DNA from: Octopus vulgaris | Lineage: Eukaryota | NCBI GenBank assembly: GCA_951406725.2 | Contig: OX597833.1 | Coordinates: 43,276,001 to 43,340,000, forward strand | Direction of reading: 5' to 3' | DNA: 64,000 nt | Shown here: piece by piece, positions 57,746 to 64,000 of the stretch | Layout: every line of letters begins with the position of its first letter | Position numbering within the stretch: position 1 is the stretch's first letter | Program-made: the position numbers and the translations under genes | The notes under the pieces: generated by a model | What the model was told of the DNA's origin: nothing | Seen by the model: the letters and a program-made list of their open reading frames with translations, nothing else | The model's database searches: none

Positions 57746-58296
57746 TCTATTATATAAAATTAGTTCTGTCTGTCTCTCTGTGTGTCTTCTAGGATCTCGG
57801 GCATCCTCAATCCGATTGCGCTCAAATTTGATATGTAGATACCGACGGTATCAGGGCGTCTTGAAAAAATTACCAAAATCAATTCCAGGTGAGACTGCGA
57901 TCGATAAAGCCGTTTTTGTCCTACTTTTCTTCCGTCAACCTGCACATAACTGCACCTTCCATTTTTTGTTGTTTTTGTACTGCTTAAAGATACGTTTCTT
58001 TCCTGCCAAGCTTACTGTTTAAACCATGCTTGTGTTTTCCCAGTCAACAGCCTTTATCATTACTGGTACTTTAAACTCTTCGGTTGCATATTTGTGCGAA
58101 TAAAATCGTTTATATTTGGAATAGAAAAAAGTCTATCTTTATTTCTACGTTTGCTGGTGTCCCAAATTTAAGTTAAATCAGTGTTTCTCAAAGGGGAGGC
58201 CTATAGTACGGTGGGACAAGTTGTTTTGAGAAAATTTGGTTTAAGTGTTTGACAACTCAGCACCGTCCATTGGACGGGGGGGGGGCGTTTTGCTCG
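57746..58296 (+). mobile_element. Non-autonomous Helitron-like element, copy 2 (longest)
   Basis: A^TC start; subterminal hairpin CCGTCCA-T-TGGACGG at 58263-58277; CTCG^T end. Confidence 0.8.
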
Positions 58297-58705
58297 TAAA
58301 GACATATGACAAGAAATTGTCAATTCAAATTATTGTATTCGTTCTGAATGGGACGGAGAAAAATTAAGATTGAAAATGATAATATTTTAAGTGAGAGGGA
58401 GTATAATTCTGAATCTTATCCATTCACATTTCTTTATCTGCAAAGGCCAAATAATCCCTTGGTTTCCCTTCTAGTAGTTCACTACGTATCTGCCATTTTA
58501 GAGTGTTTGTGTGTCCCTACATGAGTTCTCGTGGACATGACAACATGCTTCGGAGACATGTTGTCTGGGGACATTTTGTCTCTGAGACATGCACATGGCT
58601 ACATGTCTCTCAGACATGACAACATGTATCCAAGCTTCACACAGACGACCTACGTCTTGCATTTGAATATCCCATCAAAATGGCGTAATACTACATGTTT
58701 TATTA

Positions 58706-59091
58706 TCTATTATATAAAATCTGTTCTGTCTGTCTGTCTGTGTGTCTTCTAGGAACTCGGGCATACTCCATCCGATTGCGCTCAAATTTGATATGTAGAT
58801 ACCGACGGTATCAGGGCGTATATAAGTCTTGAAAAAATTACAAAAATCTATTCCAGGTGAGAATGCGATCGATAAAGCCGTGGGAACGTGCATTTGTACG
58901 CGCAAGTACATCAGCTGTTGCGATATATACTACACGTACGCGAGAAAAATGCACGGTGTCTCAAATTTGGATTAAATAAGTGCTTCTTAAAGGAGAGGCC
59001 TATGAGACGGTCGGACAATTCGTTTTGAGAAAATTTGGTTTAAATGTTTGACAACACAGCACCGTCCATTGGACGGGGGACGTTTTGCTCG
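58706..59091 (+). mobile_element. Non-autonomous Helitron-like element, copy 3
   Basis: Same termini and hairpin as copy 2; different internal segment at about 58880-58980. Confidence 0.8.
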
Positions 59092-59424
59092 TCTCGCATA
59101 AAAGCGCTTTGCTGATTTGATATCCACTTTTTCTCTGGAAGTGGAGACAAGCAAGTAAAGAAGTGAAAATTGTTTTTTCGCTTTTTCAGATCGATAAATC
59201 CTTGTTTATAATCATAAATTTAATACATATGTGCGCTCTCACGTAGATACAAGCATATTTAGTGTTCGTCTCCGTGCTGTAATGAAGGACTTGCCCAAGT
59301 GGCAACGTTGAGAGATCGAACCTCGAATCAAGTAGTCACAAAACATGAACTACTTAACCACACATGCCAGACCTAAATGTGTGCTTGCGTGAGCATGTGC
59401 ATGCATCTATATTTGTGTGTGTGT

Positions 59425-59658
59425 GGAAGACGGAGAGCTGGCAGAAACGTTAGCGCGCCGGGCGAAATGCTTAGCGGTATCTCGTCTGTCATTACGTTCT
59501 GAGTTCAAATAGCTCCGAGGTCGACTTTGCCTTTCATGCTTTCGGGGTCGATAAATAAAGTACCAGTTTTGCACTGGGGTCGATGTAATCGACTTAATCT
59601 CTTTGTCTATCCTTGTTTGTCCCCTCTGTGATGAGCCCCTTGTGGGCAGTAAAGAAAT
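59425..59658 (+). mobile_element. SINE family A monomer
   Basis: Head, core and tail ending CCCCTTGTGGGCAGTAAAGAAAT. Confidence 0.9.
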
Positions 59659-59665
59659 ATATATT

Positions 59666-59713
<48 letters not shown>

Positions 59714-60086
59714 CGTGTGTGTGTGTGTGTGTGTGGTGCCTCACTATCACCATCACCACTATCTCTAACAGCCGCTCAATTATTATCCCCACCACTGCTA
59801 AAGCCAGCACCGTCCCAGTTTCACCACGAGTTTCATCACCATCACCGCCTCCACCACTTCTATCGACAACAACAACAACAATAACAACAACAAACATATG
59901 TGACTCATTCCAATCCACCCAATAATTCGTCACCAACACTAGCATCATATTTCCCCCCACTCACACGCCTTCTGCTTTACATCACAAGACTACGAGTCAT
60001 GATAGAGGCAGCCGGGTGTCACCAGTCCTATTTATGTCGTACAAACGCATACACAAATAAACAGACAGACAGATAGACAGACAGAC

Positions 60087-60158
<72 letters not shown>

Positions 60159-60206
60159 GGATGGATGGATGGATGGATGGATGGATGGATGGATGGATGG
60201 ATGGAT

Positions 60207-62918
60207 AACTTTTTATTGTAGCCACACAGGGCTAAACACAGAATAAAAATGGACGAAATACAATGTAGAATTTTTTCTTTTCGAGGTGGGATGGGTGGGG
60301 CACAAAAAAAAAAGAAAACGTTTGATAAATAGGGATCTGTGGGTTGTGTGGTGTATAAAAAAGCAATATATATATATAAAGTTCACAGTTTAGATGTAGC
60401 CTTGGAAAGAAAAACCTACAAAAAAGACCAAGGTCACCACAGACAGTTCGAAAATGAACACATGTGTAAGTCGCCTTACTTCTCGTTGTCTCTTTTGGTT
60501 ACAGATTTATGCTTAAAATAGTGTCGTCTTTCATACTGACCATTTTTGCCACTTTTACCCACTTTTTATTAAAACATTCGTTCGACAAAGCCTTCCTCTC
60601 TATTATCATCCTCCTTTTCAAGTGGTACTTGAAAAAGTTGACGAGAGACTGGCCAAAGAGGAAGGTGTTTGTTTGCAGTCCTTTCAAACGCGTCCACCAC
60701 ACACATTCTTTCGCCATAGCCATCAGCGTAACGAAAACCGTTTTCCCTTCTCGTTTAAAGGAAGGTGGTGGAACGGGATTCACGATAGACTCGGCCGATA
60801 GACGGCCCGACCTACACGTGACAACAGCTGTTCGACGAAGGTCCACAGCTCTGAAATATCTGGACACTGCACGAGTGCGTGCAGAACGGTTTCATCGCTC
60901 TGACCGCATCTCGGGCAGGTCGGTCCGGTGATGGTTTTCGAACCGTGCCTGTAGCTCTTCTCTCGAACAGGTAGTGCGTCTCGATAGCATTGCCAAGCCA
61001 GATATTTCTGGAAGTTATCCATAGGCCCCGGCCCGAACGTCGTCCTGAACAGGCGGGTTAGGAATTTCTCGTCGACGCCCAGGTTTGCCCCGAGTGTGTC
61101 GTCGGACCTCCCCTCCACTAGTCCTCTATAGAACGCTTTAGTCGTTTATAAGTTGCACAAGTTTGACCCCGGCCGGCAGAGCTGCTGTAGAGCTTGGCGA
61201 CACTCTCGATGCCAATCGCCCAGTTTCGGTCTCTTCTTGATCCACGTTTGCAGTTCGGTCAGTGAGACTAACTGCGGGAAGGCGCGCCTCACAAACGGCG
61301 CCCACACCTGTTCACCGTCATCGATGAAGTTCCAGAGATGTCGCAGACTCAGCGCATGCCTGCGCATCATCAACCACGGCATGCCTAGTCCTCCATTCAA
61401 CGGATGTTGACACCATCGGAACACCACCCTTCCACAGGAAGCGGAAGAGTATGCGTTCCAGTTTGGTGATGGTGCCGTCGGGATGGTGACGACGGTCAGG
61501 CGGTAATCGATGACGGATGCGATGTACGCGTTCGCCACCTCCGCCCGACCTTTTAGAGACAGCTTTCTCTCGGCCCATGTTTGGCTGAGAGCGACCACTC
61601 TACTCGTGATCTCGTCCCAGTTCTTATCCATTTGGAGGTCCGGACTGAACCAGACCCCGAGCAATTTAACCGGTCCGTCCGTCCAGCGTCCCACTACTGA
61701 GCCGCAGTCGGACGGCATGGGCTTGCTTCTCCAGGTGCCGAGTAACAAACCCACTGACTTTTCCGGGTTAATCTTCGCTCCCGACACCGTTTCGTATTTT
61801 CTTAGTGTCTCGTCTATCATCTGGATGTGTTTGTCGCTCGACACTATGACGGTGACATCGTCCGCATATGCCGACACGCTCGTCCCGCAACCCAGTTCCC
61901 GTGGGATGCCCCTCAGTGTCGCCAGCTTCCGCAGTAGCGGCTCGAGAGTCAATACATAATTTAAGCATAATTTTGATATCATCATTTTCCAAAGACTCGG
62001 TAGAGTGAGCTTTTGCCACTTCCTGGTTAGGGAAGCGGACCACTACTGTGTTAAACTGAGGACCCCAGTTTATATATTCGTTTTTTTTTCATTATGTTTT
62101 TTAAACATTTTTCTATATCCGTTTTTGTAATCTGTTCATTTTGTTTTTTGTTTTTTCTTATAATTTTATATATAATTGTCTTATTTTCTATTTGTTCCTT
62201 TATGTGTTGAGGTGTATGCAGCACTAAATCCTGCCCTTGGGTTGTAAAGAGTGCTCTCGTTTCTATTAACTCTTCATTCGTAAATTTTATTATTTCTTTT
62301 TTCTGACGCAGAGTATCAGCGAAATTTACTGGTACTGTTGATTCTTTTATATTAATATCTTCACTATTAGATGGTAAAATATTTTTTTCATTTTTGTTGT
62401 TGTTCTTCTTGTTGCTGTTGTTTTTGTTAATAGTATTCGCGTGAGTTTCATTTTTATCATTTATGTTGGTCGTGGTGGTGGTGGTGGTGGTGGTGGTAGC
62501 AGTAGTAGTTTCGTTGTTGTTGTTGTTAGTGGTGGTGGTGGTGGTGACAGGGCTGTTACCGCGAGCGGTTGCAGCGTTCACCACCACGTCACTTAGGTTT
62601 GTCTTTGTCGAATGTGTGTGCGTGCATAAGTTCTTTTTTTCTCGTAGCGTTTCAAGTCTAGGAAAATGCTGGTCCATAAAGGAACGCGACCAGCGTTCTA
62701 CAATAACATTTCTCGACATTTTTTAATGTCGAGAAGAAAAATACACAAATTAAATAGGGTTGAAACTGCCCCTAGGGGCGAATTCCTCCCTTGGAAAAGC
62801 ACTCAAACGAAAGTTGGGTGCCTTACACACCTTATTTACAACAATTTACACAAAATATGGGCTATAAATAGTCAAAATAAACGATTACCTTCGGAACCGA
62901 GGTGACAACACGTCAGTC
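60207..62918 (-). mobile_element. Tx1/L1-clade LINE apparently retaining both ends, with a large internal deletion
   Basis: Putative 5' UTR 62918-62720, ORF1-like 62719 to about 61960 (frameshift in an A-run near 62085), fused to ORF2 YVLTLEPLL...SAYADDVTV...CPRCGQSDETVLHALVQCP with several frameshifts; (GATA)/(GATG)n on both sides. Confidence 0.88.
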
Positions 62919-63062
<144 letters not shown>

Positions 63063-63321
63063 TGCTTGGATATATGCATACGTGTTTGTACAAAATACAT
63101 ATGTATGTATGCTTGTTCGTGTACGTACATATATAAAGATGATATAAAATTTAGAGGAATGACTACTAAAGTGGACACCCTATATGCTAAACATAGACGT
63201 CAAATCACTATTACCACGAAGAATTTGGTCATTACTCTAAATTTTGTATGCTAGGCCACTGGTTTTAATTGATTAACATCAATTTCTAACCTTATTATTT
63301 AATTTTGAAATATATAAAGAT

Positions 63322-63414
<93 letters not shown>

Positions 63415-63726
63415 GTGCATACATACATACATATGTACATGCATACATTTATACATAGACTTTCATTTGTTCCTATTATCAGTTGGTGCACAGGGATTAC
63501 GTAACAACTGTGTTACGTAAAACACTAGAAATACTTGGTCTCTCCAGAAAAAAAGGGGGACAGAACAGACTAATTCACATTTACCTGGTACAATCGATCA
63601 GAGGAACAAGAAAATTTGTAAAATATTTCAAGGGGGTGAACATGTGCGCATAACCGCACAATCACGCAATCACATATACACATGGAATAACCACAGGTCC
63701 CAAGATCTGCTTTGGCTTAAATATAT

Positions 63727-63858
63727 ATTTCTTTACTGCCCACAAGGGGCTAAACATGGAGGGGACAAACAAGGACAGACGAAGGGATTAAGTCGATTAT
63801 ATCGCCCCCAGTTCGAAACTGGTACTTTATTTATCGACCCCGAAAGGATGAAAGGCAA
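63727..63858 (-). mobile_element. SINE family A 3' half
   Basis: CACAAGGGGCTAAACA...GAAAGGATGAAAGGCAA. Confidence 0.85.
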
Positions 63859-64000
63859 GAGCCTTGATGTTTTGTTAATGACTAGCTTGAATTCTCTTAG
63901 AACGCAAAGACTTAAAATAAATATCAAAGAAGTATACACGCACGAATGCTAGCATTCCCACACACACACACGTGTGTGCGCGTGTGCTTTAGAATGTATG

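Overview
AT-rich, gene-poor eukaryotic DNA that is almost entirely repeats. The SINE families and extreme microsatellite density resemble octopus/cephalopod sequence (inference, not verified). No host protein-coding gene, rRNA or true tRNA can be supported, and nearly all ORFs in the track are microsatellite artefacts. Recognisable content: four tRNA-derived SINE families, Tx1/L1-clade LINE copies each bounded by (GATA)n arrays, CR1/L2-, R4/Dong- and RTE-type LINE fragments, a Penelope-like (PLE) reverse-transcriptase fragment, three non-autonomous Helitron-like copies and two Tc1/mariner-type MITEs. The most interesting unannotated signal is a dispersed set of short modules, mostly next to (TA)n tracts, that fold as minimal type I hammerhead ribozymes with short, mostly palindromic stem III. 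Across these copies the core 3-8 pair occurs as C-G, A-U, U-A and G-C, and two loci form inverted fold-back structures typical of PLE termini. All folds were read by eye and activity is untested.
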